DNA from: the human T2T-CHM13v2.0 reference genome, Homo sapiens
Length of the DNA stretch: 64,000 bases
Assembly: GCF_009914755.1 (NCBI RefSeq)
Contig: NC_060925.1
Strand: one strand, 5' to 3'
Shown here: in pieces, positions 42,822-55,813 of the stretch
Layout of the letters: the number at the start of each line of letters is the position of its first letter
Numbering within the stretch: position 1 is the stretch's first letter
Made by a program: the position numbers and the translations under genes
Notes under the pieces: generated by a model
What the model was told of the DNA's origin: nothing
The model's input: the letters and a program-made list of their open reading frames with translations, nothing else
Database searches by the model: none

Positions 42822-43759
42822 TTACATAAATTAAATCCATGACTTGCCTGGCATTTTGCCCTAGCCAAATTAACTAGCCTCAGAAGTTGGATTTTGCCTC
42901 TGTGTTTGTTTCATTTTCTCAGTCAAGAATTAAGAGTACTGACATTACATATTAAGCTTTTTTGTATCCCCTGGGGTAACTAACTAGCATGGTGGCTTAT
43001 ACATAGCAGGTATTTAGGAAAAAAAAACACACTTTGATTTACTGATATTGATTATGTTTCAATACAAGGGCAGTTCAGCTACTTTGCATGGACTTCTTTG
43101 GGAAGGATTTACTATGATTTCTATTTCTATATTCGTGTATGTTTTTGTGTTTGAGTTCAGTCATACTTATTACTTACCCATCTTCTTATTGAACCTCCCT
43201 TTTGATCGAATGTGATTATTGCATTGGTGGTATATTAGTTGTTTTGAAGAATTAATATTTCTTTCTAATTCAAGCCTATGATGTGACTCAGGCTGGTGAT
43301 ACAATGATGGTATTAAGACAATGTTCATCCCCTTCAACAGGGAAAGTAAAACTGTTCAACTTGCTTTTGAATACCCAGTATACCTGTTAGTAATTTATTT
43401 AGGAAGGTAATAGTCTCTTCATATATTAGAAATTTTGCCACATTAAGCAAAATCTTAGAAAAGTCAGTATTTATCAGAATTTAATATTAGGAAATCTTTT
43501 TCAAAGGAATTGAACATATCCAAATCGGAGCTAAATACTGTCACAAATAGCTCTAATTTTTTCACCTTCAAGCAAACCACATTCAGGTGTTAGCTATTGG
43601 CTCTGAAGTAGTTGTTCTATATACTATAGGTGTTGGAGGCCCCTCCTTGGTGGATTTTGAAACAGTAGAAACTCATAATGATTGCATTCTCTTAGGAATC
43701 TTACTTAATCTGGCTGCAGCGTGCAGAATTTATTTCAGGAGTCAGACCAGATAGGAGAC

Positions 43760-44183
43760 TGTTATGGACTGAATGCATGTGTGTCCCCCTCTCCTGGCGT
43801 TCATATATTGAACCCATAATCCCCAATATGACTATATTTGAAAACAGGGTCTGTGAGGAGGTGATAAAGGTTAGATGGGGTCATAAGTGTGGGGCCCTAA
43901 TTGGATAGGGCTGATTCCATTATACGAAGAGGAAGAGACATCAGAGCTCTCTCTACAATGTGAAGACACAATGGAGAAGTGTGTAATGCATGCTGTGTAT
44001 AAGCCACCATGCTAGAGAAAGTGGCCGTCTGCAAGCCAGGAAGAGTCCTCACCAGGAATGGAATCAGCCAGCACCTTGATCTTGGACTTTCCAGCTTCTA
44101 AAACTGTGAGAAGTAAATTTCTGTTGTTTAAGACACCCAGCTGTATGTTTTTCTTGCAGCCAGGGCAGACTGAGACTGAGACA
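43760..44183 (+). mobile_element. MaLR solo LTR (MLT1A/B-like)
   Basis: TG...CA termini, 5-bp TSD GAGAC at 43755-43759 and 44184-44188, caccttgatcttggacttttccagc. Confidence 0.88.
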
Positions 44184-44393
44184 GAGACAGAGAACACTGT
44201 CATAATCTAAGCTTGAGGTGGTAAGGAGTGTGGCATCAGGAAAGACAGCAATGAGACAGGTATGGTGGGAAAGGAAAGAAAGTGGTATAAGAGAAGGGTC
44301 CATGGGACCTAGTGGCTGACAGCATGTGGGGACAAAGGATGATGTATATTATCTGTATTTCCCAAAGTGGGGAAAATTTTTTAAGTCCAATTT

Positions 44394-44930
44394 TGTTGAG
44401 GGTTCTGCCTTCCAGGCCCCCAGGTTTGGTGATTTGCTAGGACTAACAGGACTCAGCATATAGTCCTCATTGCTATATTTATTACGGTGAAAAGATACAA
44501 AGCAAAATCAGTAAAGGGAAAAGGCACATGGGGCAAAGTCTGGAGGAAACCAGGCACATACTTCCGAATCTTCTCCCAGTTAAGTTGCACAGGATGAGCT
44601 TAATTACTCAAGTATCAAGTTGTGAAAGTATGGTAAAGTGTTATGTGCCAGAGAAGCTTGCCTGAGCCTAGGAGTTCAGGGTTTTTATCAAGAGCCCATC
44701 ACATAGGCACCCTTTGCCTAGAATATACCCAAATTTCAGACTCTCAGAAGGAGTTTAACATGCATCACATTGTTCATATAACAGTTTAGGTACAATAAAC
44801 CACATTTATCAGGGAATAATGGCAACTGCTGAAATTCAAGTTTCCAGTTGCCAGCAAAGGGCCAGCCTTTCAAGCATTTCATTCTAAGAATAGCAGTCTC
44901 AGACCTGCAGTATTAACTGTTTTTTGCACA
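44394..44930 (-). mobile_element. ERV solo LTR (MER68/MER77/MER21-like)
   Basis: TG...CA termini; caggactcagcatatagtc...gatacaaagcaaaatcag...ggaggaaaccaggc. Confidence 0.75.
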
Positions 44931-46491
44931 GTAATATTTTAAACTAGAAAGGGAACATTAAATATATGTCACTCTGTTTTTCTTACTGAAGTTTGTGCAT
45001 AATAGAAACAAATTTTAACCCTAATTATTGTCTTCAGTTGGCCACACAAAAGGATATTTTTGAGAAGTGTTAGGAAGAGAAAAACAACTCTGAATACAGT
45101 GAAATGTTGCCATGCGTTTAAAGTCAGCCATGGAACATAATTTTAGGTTATATTCTCCTGTAGAGTAAGAGTTATATACACAGTATCTTTAGTAATAAAT
45201 ACCTAGAGAGCTCAAAGAGGTAAGATGCCTTTGCTGAAGGCACCATCTCTTGATGACATAGGATCTCTGTAAACCTTGCTGGTGTGCAGAATTCCTCATG
45301 TGTCAGGTGCACAATCCCAAAGCTTTCCTACTTTGTACTTCAGGTTCAAAGAGATTTTTAAAGCATCTTATTTTCTTGATTTTGGTATAGCATCTACTGC
45401 CCAGAGCACTAGATGAGTCTCAGTTGGAAGTGGGAAGCAGAAATAGCATAGGTTCAGGAGCTTCCAGAAAACAGGATGCCCTGACAGTGTTTTCCTTTCC
45501 TGTACCACGTGTGGCCCTTTCTTTCCTTAGGATGTTACCTTAGAGGTTTCTCTTGCTAGTTAATAGAAAGATAGTTTTGGGGGCAGACCACAAATTCCTA
45601 GGTATGGTTTGAGGTAAGCATAATTTGACACATATAATTACATTATGTTAAACTTTAAAAGTTCTCAAACTTTATTTTAATGCCAACCACATCTTGTTTA
45701 GAATCCACATATGTAAAACATGTAAAAGCTGAGCTGCTGAGCAGGTTGAGCTGAAGCAGGCTGAGGAGTCCTGCAATCATTCGCCCCTAAAGCTCCTGCA
45801 GAGAATCTTAAAAGTTCTTGGAGATTGCTTCTCCCCTCTAACTCCGTTGTAGTAGAGATGAGAAAATGAATGATCAGGAAATTAATCTATATCAGTTAGT
45901 TCTTTCAAGTCCTTACAAACCCTTTTCTAGAACTTCTTTGACTAACCCCATTTTCTCCTGTAGCTGTTCCTGTAACGTTTTATATAAACATAGTGCTTAT
46001 CATTTTGTTTTATACATAAATGTTTGTGTTGTCTCCCTCAGAGTCCCTAACCTCAGTCTATTTTTTAAAATTAATTTTAGATCCTCAGTGCTTAATGTAA
46101 TCCTAGTATATAGTAGGTAGTTAATAAATACTGCATTAAAATGAATAAATTTATTCAATACTTTCCATGGAAATTATTTATTCAGTTTGTAGTATCATTT
46201 TGCATTCTTGATGTCTTAATTTCGAATGGTTCTCTGTTAATTTCTGAGATTGTTTATTTCTTCAACTACATTGTCAGCTTTTTAAAAATCTTTATTGCCT
46301 ACTCCCCAACATAAAACCCAGAATAATAGGAGTATTTTGGTTAACCAAAGAGAATTCCATAGAAAATGTCATGATAACTGTAGCTTTACTTCCTTCTTAC
46401 TACCTCTCAAAATGTTCCTGATGTCAGCTAGTAAGAGTGCTCTGCTCTTTCTTTTATGAGGCCAGTATGTAAAGAAGCAGTGTATAACTGA

Positions 46492-46881
<390 letters not shown>

Positions 46882-47606
46882 TTCTGATTCTTATTTCTGT
46901 CATCTATAAAGCAGGGAAAGTAATATCTGCCTTATGATAAATAAAGAAATGACATATTATGTGTTTTAATGTATGATTGTATTAAATGTAATGTATGTTA
47001 CAATAAATATTTAAATATTAATAAATATCATTTATTAATAAATATTTAAATGATAGCTGATGTCATATACAAGCAGGTGTGATGAACCTACTAGTGGTGT
47101 TTAAATTTTAACATGAGTAAAGATCACCTTGGGAGCCTGTTCAATTGCACTTTCGGGTTTAGTAGGTCTGAGTTAGGACCTGCAGTTCTTCATTTCTGAT
47201 AAACTCCTAGGTGCTGCTGATGCTGTAGTCTACAGAGCACACTTGGTGTAGCAGGCACTGGAGTATTCAAGATTCCCTTGTTATGCTTTTTTTTCTTTTA
47301 ACATACGTTGAATGATTGGTTGGACTGTCTTTGGCAGTTATTTTATATCTTCTCAGATATTGTGACTGTTTTTAAGGTAGTTAACAATAATATTTTGGAC
47401 TCATCCAGTGCTTTGTTTTGAAAACTTTTTTGTTACAATGCCAGGGACACAATATTTTTAAAAATATTTTGTAGTGCTGTATATCCAAATATTAGGGGCA
47501 AACAATTAAGGTAGACATGATGATCTTATCTACTTTTGTAGGTAAATAGGTTTATTGAATTTGAAAGGATGCCAAGCAAGGATTTATGGCATATTAAGGC
47601 AGATCA

Positions 47607-47778
47607 AGCCAGGAATGGTGGTTCACACATACAATCCCAGCTCTGGGAGGCTGAGGTGGGAAGATCACTTGAGCCCAGAAGTTCAAGGCTGCAGTGAGTT
47701 ATGATTGTGCTACTGCATTCCAGCCTGAGTGACAGACTGAGACCCCGTGTCTTAAAAAAAAAAAAAAAAAAAAAAAAA
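47607..47778 (+). mobile_element. Alu monomer (FRAM/FAM-like)
   Basis: Single right-arm-like monomer with a poly-A tail; flanks AAGG(T)CAGATC. Confidence 0.85.
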
Positions 47779-50214
47779 GGTCAGATCTTTGGCCATTTGC
47801 TTCTGCTGTATAATTATCTACAGGCCAGTAATTGAAAGTATAAACCTAAATTCGCAATGTTAGATGAACATTATAACTTATTAGAACATTATATATGTAT
47901 AATTAACATTATACCAGTATATAACATTATAACTTATTATTTAGAAAGATTGTAAATCTTTCTAAGTTGAAGTTGAAAGAACAATAGGGTGGGAGTCAGG
48001 AGATGTGAATTCTGGGTTTGGCTCCAACAAAGGTTAGCGGAGTGACCTTGGAAAGGTGAGAGTTAATTCTTACTTTTTCCATGCATTCATGATACTTTAT
48101 AAAAATAACTTTTCAACAAAGTTCTCAGTCCTCTATGTAAGAGAAGATCTTACCTATGACAATTTTCTAACCTTTAGCATTCTGAGTTTAAATGTAAAAC
48201 TATCAAATGCTCTGAAAAATTAATGTTGCCTATGCTATTTTTATTTTAATTGTATTAATTTTGTTAATAAGATTTTAATAGTAAGTTTTGGAGCAATTTA
48301 CTGGCCAGCTGAATATCTAAGATATTTCATTCAAATTTGAATATGTTTTTACAAAAATATAAGTAAAGCAATTGTAAAAACTTTTACACTATAATTTCAG
48401 TTTTTTTCCTAATTTATGCAAAATTATCTATTAAAGTAAAAGACAAAACACAAGAGATTTATGAATTCTTTAATATTATGTTATTCAGCCACTATATGTA
48501 ACTCTTTCAAATACTATGTTAATTTGTGAGTACCTCCACAACAACAAATTAAAACATGAAGTAAGGAAATGGACATTTGGCACTATTGGGAAATGATACT
48601 TGGTTAAGCAGTGCTTTATTGCATACTTGATATTTGAGAGGAAGGATTTGACAAGTTAATTAGTCTTTTCTCTTACCTAAGTGATTTCATCACTCAAATC
48701 CTCCAGAAGTTCCAAAGCGGTATCTATCTCTGTCTTCAGCAGCAGCACAAACCAAACCTTGAGAGAATTCTGACACATGATCCCCTTTTATTTTGAGGAC
48801 ATAGGGCAAGAGATGTGCAGAAGCATTTCCTTGGGGCTTGAAGATGTTATTTGTGAGAGTAGATGTTCAAGGTTACAGATCATACAGTGTCAGTCTGAGG
48901 GCCAGATCCTAGTGGCAGAAGACGTTCATGTGTTCTTCATTAAATTTAATTTGGGTTATTTGTGACAGCTGGGGCCCTCTGAAACATAGGGTTTGTGGCA
49001 GGGTCCCCTCTTTCTTAGACCTAAGGGTGATACTGCTTGTGTACCATAGTCCCAGGAGCAGAACTGGGTGTGCTGAGATATCAAAGTTATGCATGTAATC
49101 TCAGCCAGGTTATTATAATTAAATATTATTTGGGTACCAGATAAAATGCTGAAAGTTAATACTGGATAGGCTGCTGTCATAAATCTCCTTAGCTAATCTA
49201 TATGTTTAAATGGCAGCCAGACAACTAAAGTATGTGAACAAATAGCATTGCAAGCTAAAATTATGCTTTTCATAAGCAAATAACCTTCACTGTGCTTCTT
49301 AGCATCTTGGAGTTGTTCTCTTCTTGGTTGTGGCTACTGTTATGATGTTCATATATAGTAATCATCAATGTTTAACATTTAGGACTTCTGAGCAATCAAG
49401 TAAGCATTGAATTTTTATCTTATTTCTAGTGTAGAAAGTAGGAAAGGAAGTAGAGAAAATTTTCAATTTAGTGTTGATTCAAAGTCAACAAATAGATGAT
49501 GGCTATTTCACATAATTTTCTGGTATTTGCTTTCTATAGCATTGTTTTCAAAGTCAAGGTTCTCATGGGGGAGAAGTACTGGACATCTGGACATCTTTTT
49601 TCTGACAGCATTGTCATAAGCTGTGATAACTATTTTATGTTTAAAACTAATGTAATCAGACAACATTGTAGTGTGCAATAGGAACCCTTATATAATGTGT
49701 GAAATGGTAAAATTATATTTATTTAAGAGGATATTGACATTTATTTTGTATTTGACTCTATACAAAATAAGTTTTTACTGTATCTACATTAAGAAGATCT
49801 CCAGTAAGTGCTTTGAGATCAATTAGTGCTTAAATTAGCATTTAGAGATCAGTCATTTAGAGATTTTTTTCAAGTATTTATATAAAACCTGCATGGTATA
49901 TTTTATAAATAGGCTGCTAATATAGATAGGATTCTCATAGGTGAGTGGTAATAATGTCATAAACTAGTAATAAGTTTTATAATTACTTTAATATGATTCT
50001 GTGGTTAAAAAATAAGTTTGTACTATGTACATAAAGTATTTATGAGGCAGCATATTTTGTCAAAGAATAATATTTATCTAGTATATGCATATTACCTTCT
50101 ATTTTCCCCGTCTAGTTTTCAAGTATATCTTTTTGAACTTTAGTCCCCTCTGTGATTGATTTTTACCCCACCTTATTTCAAAGAAATTCAAGGGGACTAT
50201 CTCTTAACTTTTTT

Positions 50215-50557
50215 TTCCTGTTTTTGTTGTTGTTGTTATTTGTTTTTCGGAGGTGTGTGTGTGTGGTTGAGACAGGATCTCAGTCTGTTGCCCAGGCTAG
50301 AGTGCAGTAGTGCAGTCATAGCTCACTGTAACCTTGAACTCCTGGGCTCAAGCAATCTTCCTGCCTTAGTCTCCTTAGTAGCTAGTACTATAGGTGCACA
50401 CTGCTATGCCTGGCTAATTAAAAAAAAAAATTTTTTTTAAGAGATGGTGTCTCACTGTGTTGCCCAGGCTAATCTTGAACTCCTGGCCTCAACTGATCCT
50501 CTGGCTTGGCCTCCCAGAGTGCTGGGATTATTTAAAAACCAGGCACCACATTCAGCC
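50215..50557 (-). mobile_element. Alu (AluJ-like)
   Basis: gctcactgtaaccttgaactcctgggctcaagc. Confidence 0.9.
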
Positions 50558-53500
50558 TTGGTTTTCAAATTCTTTTCAGGAAGTCTTTTTATTAAATACG
50601 AAACTATATCCCAACCTCAAATGCATTCATACATGGGGAAAATGTAACTTTTTGAATGTGTTGAATTTATAAATGAATAAGTTCTTTGTTATTATTTATA
50701 TCTTAAGTCCTTCTTAAATTAGAGACCAATACAACTTACAAACCGTTGCTACCTATGAAACCTTTTTCAACTTTTGTGTCTTCTCAATTGTATTCTGAGT
50801 AACTTCCATCTTCCATCATTATCATTAATATAATACTGGAAAGAGTAGAATGGAAATGATACTGGCCTGAGTGTTTTTAAGTTTCCAAAAGATATTTGGA
50901 ATCTTCTGTCTGCATTTCAACAGGGCCTTGGCTTCGATTGCTTATTTTACTATAAAGTGTGTTTCACATGTTTGCCACAATATCCTTAAATATGCTTTGC
51001 TGTTTGACCGATGTAAAATCATACTCCAGAAACACCTGCATCCAAGAATAACTGCTGTTGAACAATGTGTCTAAGGCTTTAATGCAAATACCAATCACTT
51101 GGGGATCTTGCTAAAATGTAAGTTCTGATTAAGCAGGGTTGGCATGGGCCTGAGGTCCTGCATTTCTAACAAGCTCCCTTGTGATGCCACTGCTCCTGGT
51201 CTAGGTACCATACCTTAAGGAGAAAGTATGGGTTACATCTATATGTCTAGTGCTTCCTAATGCATTTGCCCAGTGTTACAGGTCTAACTTGTTCTTAGGC
51301 AGTGGTTCTCAAACTTTAGCATGCATGAGAATCACTTGGGAGAATGTTGGCTCTAAATTTACACGCTTGGGCTCCACTCATCAGAGTCTATTTTGGTGGG
51401 ACTTTGGGACCCAGGAATTTGCACTTTTGAAAACTCCTCAGATTTTGATGCATATGGACTAACACCACAATTTGAGAAACTGATACTTTAAAGTTTGGAA
51501 TTGCTATAGAAATTCATGGTCCCTTCTGGAATGACAGCTTGTTAAAGCCAAGCAAGGATACAGTGAAAAGCCCATCTGAAAGGAGATTGCTTTGAATGCC
51601 AGTGTAGTATTTGGTTAATGGGGAAGCAGTAGTATAAATTTGCATGCTTTTCTTTTCTATTCCGTTGCTTCAGGCAATATAATTTACTAGGTGTATTAAT
51701 TTATTGTAATATACCAATGGTGAAGACCATAGCTCATTCACTCCCTAATTAACCCTAGAGGAGTCTTAATTGGATAATTGGTTAGAAATAGTAGATGAGT
51801 AGGTATATTAAATGTTGAATGGATGGTCAGTATTGATTCTACTCTTGGATTCTGACTAGGATATTTACTCTCTCTCTCTCAGAAACATCTATATCTTTAA
51901 TATTACTTGCTATTGTATTTACTAACTGTCACAAGAATAGCCTGTTCCACATATAAAATACAGAGTTGGTTCTCATGTTTTTTGTTGAAGGGAATTCGGA
52001 TAACTAGTGAGTTGTTTGTCATTTTCATTTAAGACAGAAGTTAAATTCTAAAAGTATGTCACTCAGTGAATTTTTAAAAATTATATCTTTTAATAACTTT
52101 AAGATTGATTCTTCATCTATTCATGTCTCTGTTTTAAGGATGTGGGTGGTATTTATATAATTCCTAATTGATTCTATAAAAAGTATTTTAAACAAAAGGG
52201 TTATATAGAGGTTATAGTTATTAGATAATCTTGTCAGAAACAGTGCCATTTAGAATACTTGGTTCAGCAAACTGTTTAATGTCAGCCAAAGTGATTTAAA
52301 AGCTTTATTTAGGATTAATCCATCATCTGCTTAAATTTATTATCTCATTTATTCACTAATTTGCATATGACTTTGCAATTCAGAAATTTTAAGCAAACAG
52401 TGATATACCCAAAAATGGATTACAGGATAAATTGAATTAAAGCAAACTGCAGTGCAATCAAGGCCAGCTCTGGACAGAAGCCTGGGATTAGTGAGCTGTG
52501 ATTACATCACTCCTTTTCTGCTCCTCCGCCTTTAAGAGCAAGCTTCTTTATGCTATCCCTGGATGGTTTTGTTCCAACCCCTATGCTATGAGGTCTCTCT
52601 TGCCCTTGGAGATTTAAAGTTTTGTATCAGAAATAGATTTGAAGATCATCATGACCAAATGTAGTTAGTGCTATGTGAGAAGGATATCTATCACACAAAA
52701 TGCTTTATGGTCACAGAGAGATTAGTTCTGTCTGAAGGGAAAGGGGAGAAGATGACAAACATGCCATCGGGGCAATTAACATATAACCCTTCCACGGGTG
52801 AGAATACTGGACCAAATGACCTTTTTGGGGTGCCTTTCTGTTGTGAATTTTCTAGTTTATTAATAACCCAAGAACTGTGCCTTATAGTCCATAGTATTCA
52901 TACCTCTCAAAACCAAGGTACTTAGGATTGGGGAGGAAAAAGACTCTACTAATTTTTAAAGTAGACCTAAACAATTTGCACTGCCTGTGTCTTTGACCTG
53001 ATTTTTTACTCTCACCTTTCTTTATCTGTCCAGTTACCTTTGTATACTACCAAAGCTTTAACCTTCTGTCCTCTCAAACTTTTTTAAATTTTACTTTATT
53101 TAACTACCAATTTATCAAAACAGTCATTTACACTTGACGCCAGCCCACTCCGAAACAGCTGCTGTCTAGCTTCTGCTACCAGCACTTGACTATGCTTATT
53201 TGAAGATCATCAGTGATACACTAATTAAAACTCCAGTGACTTATCTGGCTTTGTGTTCCTTCATCTATGCCACAGTTGAATCATTGACCACTTTTTGCTT
53301 GAAGTTCTCAGCTCATGCTGCTTTCTGTTGAGTGCTTCTCATGCTACCTCAGTGGTACTTGTTAAATGTTTTCCTTTTCTACTTTCCCTCCATTTAGTCG
53401 CACAAAGCCCCCACCCTCTATACTCGTCTCTGCCTATTTAACAGATCCTACCTATGCTCTAAGGCCTGGTTCATAGGCCATCTTCCCTTTAAATCTTTGA

Positions 53501-53710
53501 GCTAAAATGTTTTCTCAGTTCTGTAGTTTTTAATCTAATTTTTACTTGGAGCACTTTTAGGATGACTGTTGCCTTGATAGTATGATTTTGTACACATTTC
53601 TTAACTACTCTAGCAGATGTTAAAAAAATAAAAAAAGGAGAGAAATCATCACTGTAGCTTCTGCAATGCTGTGCATTATTAGAAATCTTTAAATATTTTT
53701 CTTAATATAC

Positions 53711-54280
53711 TGTGGTAGGGAGAATAATGGCACCCCAAAGATCCCCATGTCTTATTCTTTGAGTTAGTGGGTGCAGCGCACCAGCATGGCACATGTATAC
53801 ATATGTAACTAACCTGCACAATGTGCACATGTACCCTAAAACTTAAAGTATAATAAAAAATAAAAAAAAAAAGAAAAAAAAAGAAAAAAAAAAGAAACCA
53901 CTGAATATGTTAGGTTACAGGGCAAAGTCAAATTAAGTTGGAATTAAACCTGTTAATCAGTTGATCTTAAAATGTGGAGATTAATCTGGATTATGCTAGT
54001 GGGCCTATTGTAATCACAAACATCTTTAGAAATAAAAGAGGGAGTCAGAAGAGAGAGTCAGAGTGATACCATGTGAGATCTCATCCCTTGCTTTAAAGAT
54101 GGAAGAAAAGAACCATGAGCAAGGAATGTGGGAAACCTTTAAAAACTAGGAAAGGCAAATAAAAGGCAAGAAAATAGATTTCCCCCCAGAGCCTCCAAAA
54201 GGAATGCAGCTGATGTGTTGATTTTAGTCTAGTGAGACCCATGTCAGACTTACGACTTACCAAATTGTAAAATAAATACT
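53711..54280 (+). mobile_element. MaLR LTR (MLT1-like) interrupted by a short L1 tail
   Basis: tgtggtagggagaataatggc...tgaatatgtta...ccagagcctccaaaaggaatgcagc. Confidence 0.82.
53761..53892 (+). mobile_element. Very short 3' end of a young L1 (L1PA2-like) with a patterned A tail
   Basis: GAGTTAGTGGGTGCAGCGCACCAGCATGG...CACAATGTG...CTTAAAGTATAATAAA; GAG and AAA variants rather than the Ta-specific ACA/G. Confidence 0.9.
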
Positions 54281-54463
54281 AAAAATTCAGAGACAAAGGG
54301 ATAAGTAAAATAGGAAAATAAAACTCATTATTCCAAGACTTGCTTAATTCCCTTTAGAGGTAATTTGTTCATTATTACACTGTTTTTTGGTTGTTTTACA
54401 AAGGAATTCTATATAATATAGTTATCCCAGTGAAGAAGGAGCCCAGATAAGATATATTGATTT

Positions 54464-54753
54464 ATTCTTCTTTCTTTTTGTATGTTGTAAAACAGAGTCT
54501 TGCTCTGTTGCCCAGACTGGAGTGCAGTGGCACAATCTGGGCTCACTGCAGCCTCTACCTCCTGGCTCAAGAAATGCTCCTGCCTTAGCCTCTAATAGCT
54601 GGGAATTACAAGTGTGCCACGTAATTTTTGTATTTTTATAGAGATGGGGTTTCATCATGTTGCCCAGGCCGGTCTCGAACTGCTGGGCTCAAGCAATCCT
54701 CCCTCCTTGGACTCTCAAAGTGCCAGGATTACAGGGGTGAGCCACCATGCCCT
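54464..54753 (-). mobile_element. Alu (AluJ-like)
   Basis: Antisense Alu with gggctcaagcaatcctcc. Confidence 0.9.
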
Positions 54754-55557
54754 CACACAAAAAGAAATTGGTTGGTACATATACACAGCTTTCTGATTTC
54801 TTTTTATTTGAGCTTCATAATTTGAAAAAGATACCTCTGTTGTTCAGTGGGGCTGCTACATAGTAGAAGCTCAATAAGTATTGAATGAATGAAAAAATAG
54901 AATTGATAAATAAAGAGAAAATGTCTTTATTCATTCTAAGAAACAAATTACCCTTTAGCATTTTTTTAATTTTTAATTTTTGTGGGTACATGGTAGGTCT
55001 ATATTTATGGATTACATGAGATATTTTGATATATGCATGCAATATGTAATAATCACATCAGGGAAAGTGGAGGTATCCATCACCTCAAGCATTTATCCTT
55101 TATATTTCAAACAATATAATTATATCCTTTTTAGTTGTTTTAAAATGTAGAATTTATTTTTGTTTTACTATAGTTACCCTGTTATGCTAGCAAATACTAG
55201 GTTTTACTCATACTTTCTATTTTTGTACCCATTAACCATCCCCACTTCTCTCCCACCCCCTGCCACAACTTCCCCTCTCAACCTCTGGTAACCATCCTTC
55301 TACTCTCTATCTCCCTGAGTCAATTGTTTTAATTTTTAGCTCCCACAGTTAAGTGAGAACATGCGATGTCTGTCTTTCTGTGCCTGGCTTATTTCACTTA
55401 ACATAGTGACTTCACGTTTCATCCATGTTGTTGCAAATGACAGTATCTCATTATTTTTTATGGCTGAATAGTACTTCATTGTGGATATGTACCACATTTT
55501 ATTTATTCATTCATCTGTCGATGGACACTTAAGTTGCTTTCAAATCTTGGCTATTTT

Positions 55558-55813
55558 ACTCCTGTAATCCCAGCACTTTGGGAGGCTGAGGTGGTCAGAA
55601 GTTTGAGAACAGCCTGGCCAACATGGTGAAACCTCGTCTCTACTAAAAATACAAAAATTAGCCAGGCATTGTGGCAGGTGCCTGTAATCCCAGCTAGTCA
55701 GGAGACTGAGGCAGGAGAATCACTGGAATTCATAAGGTGGAGGTTCTACTGAGCCATGATTGCACCACTGCACACCAGCCTGAGTGACAACTCCATCTCA
55801 AAAAAAAAAAAAA
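55558..55813 (+). mobile_element. Slightly 5'-truncated Alu nested in the L1MA
   Basis: TSD AAATCTTGG(C/T)TATT at 55542-55555 and 55814-55827. Confidence 0.92.

Noticed and set aside
47000-47055. AT-only inverted repeats
   Set aside because: Low-complexity AT sequence forms such palindromes readily; too short to be a PATRR.
48680-49200. Non-repetitive, slightly GC-richer block with short ORFs, considered as a RABGAP1L exon or enhancer
   Set aside because: No PTB/TBC/coiled-coil-like translation and no convincing paired splice sites; function cannot be supported from sequence alone.
52495-52512. ATTACATCA (C/EBP-ATF composite-like motif)
   Set aside because: A single 9-mer in 64 kb of AT-rich DNA is compatible with chance.
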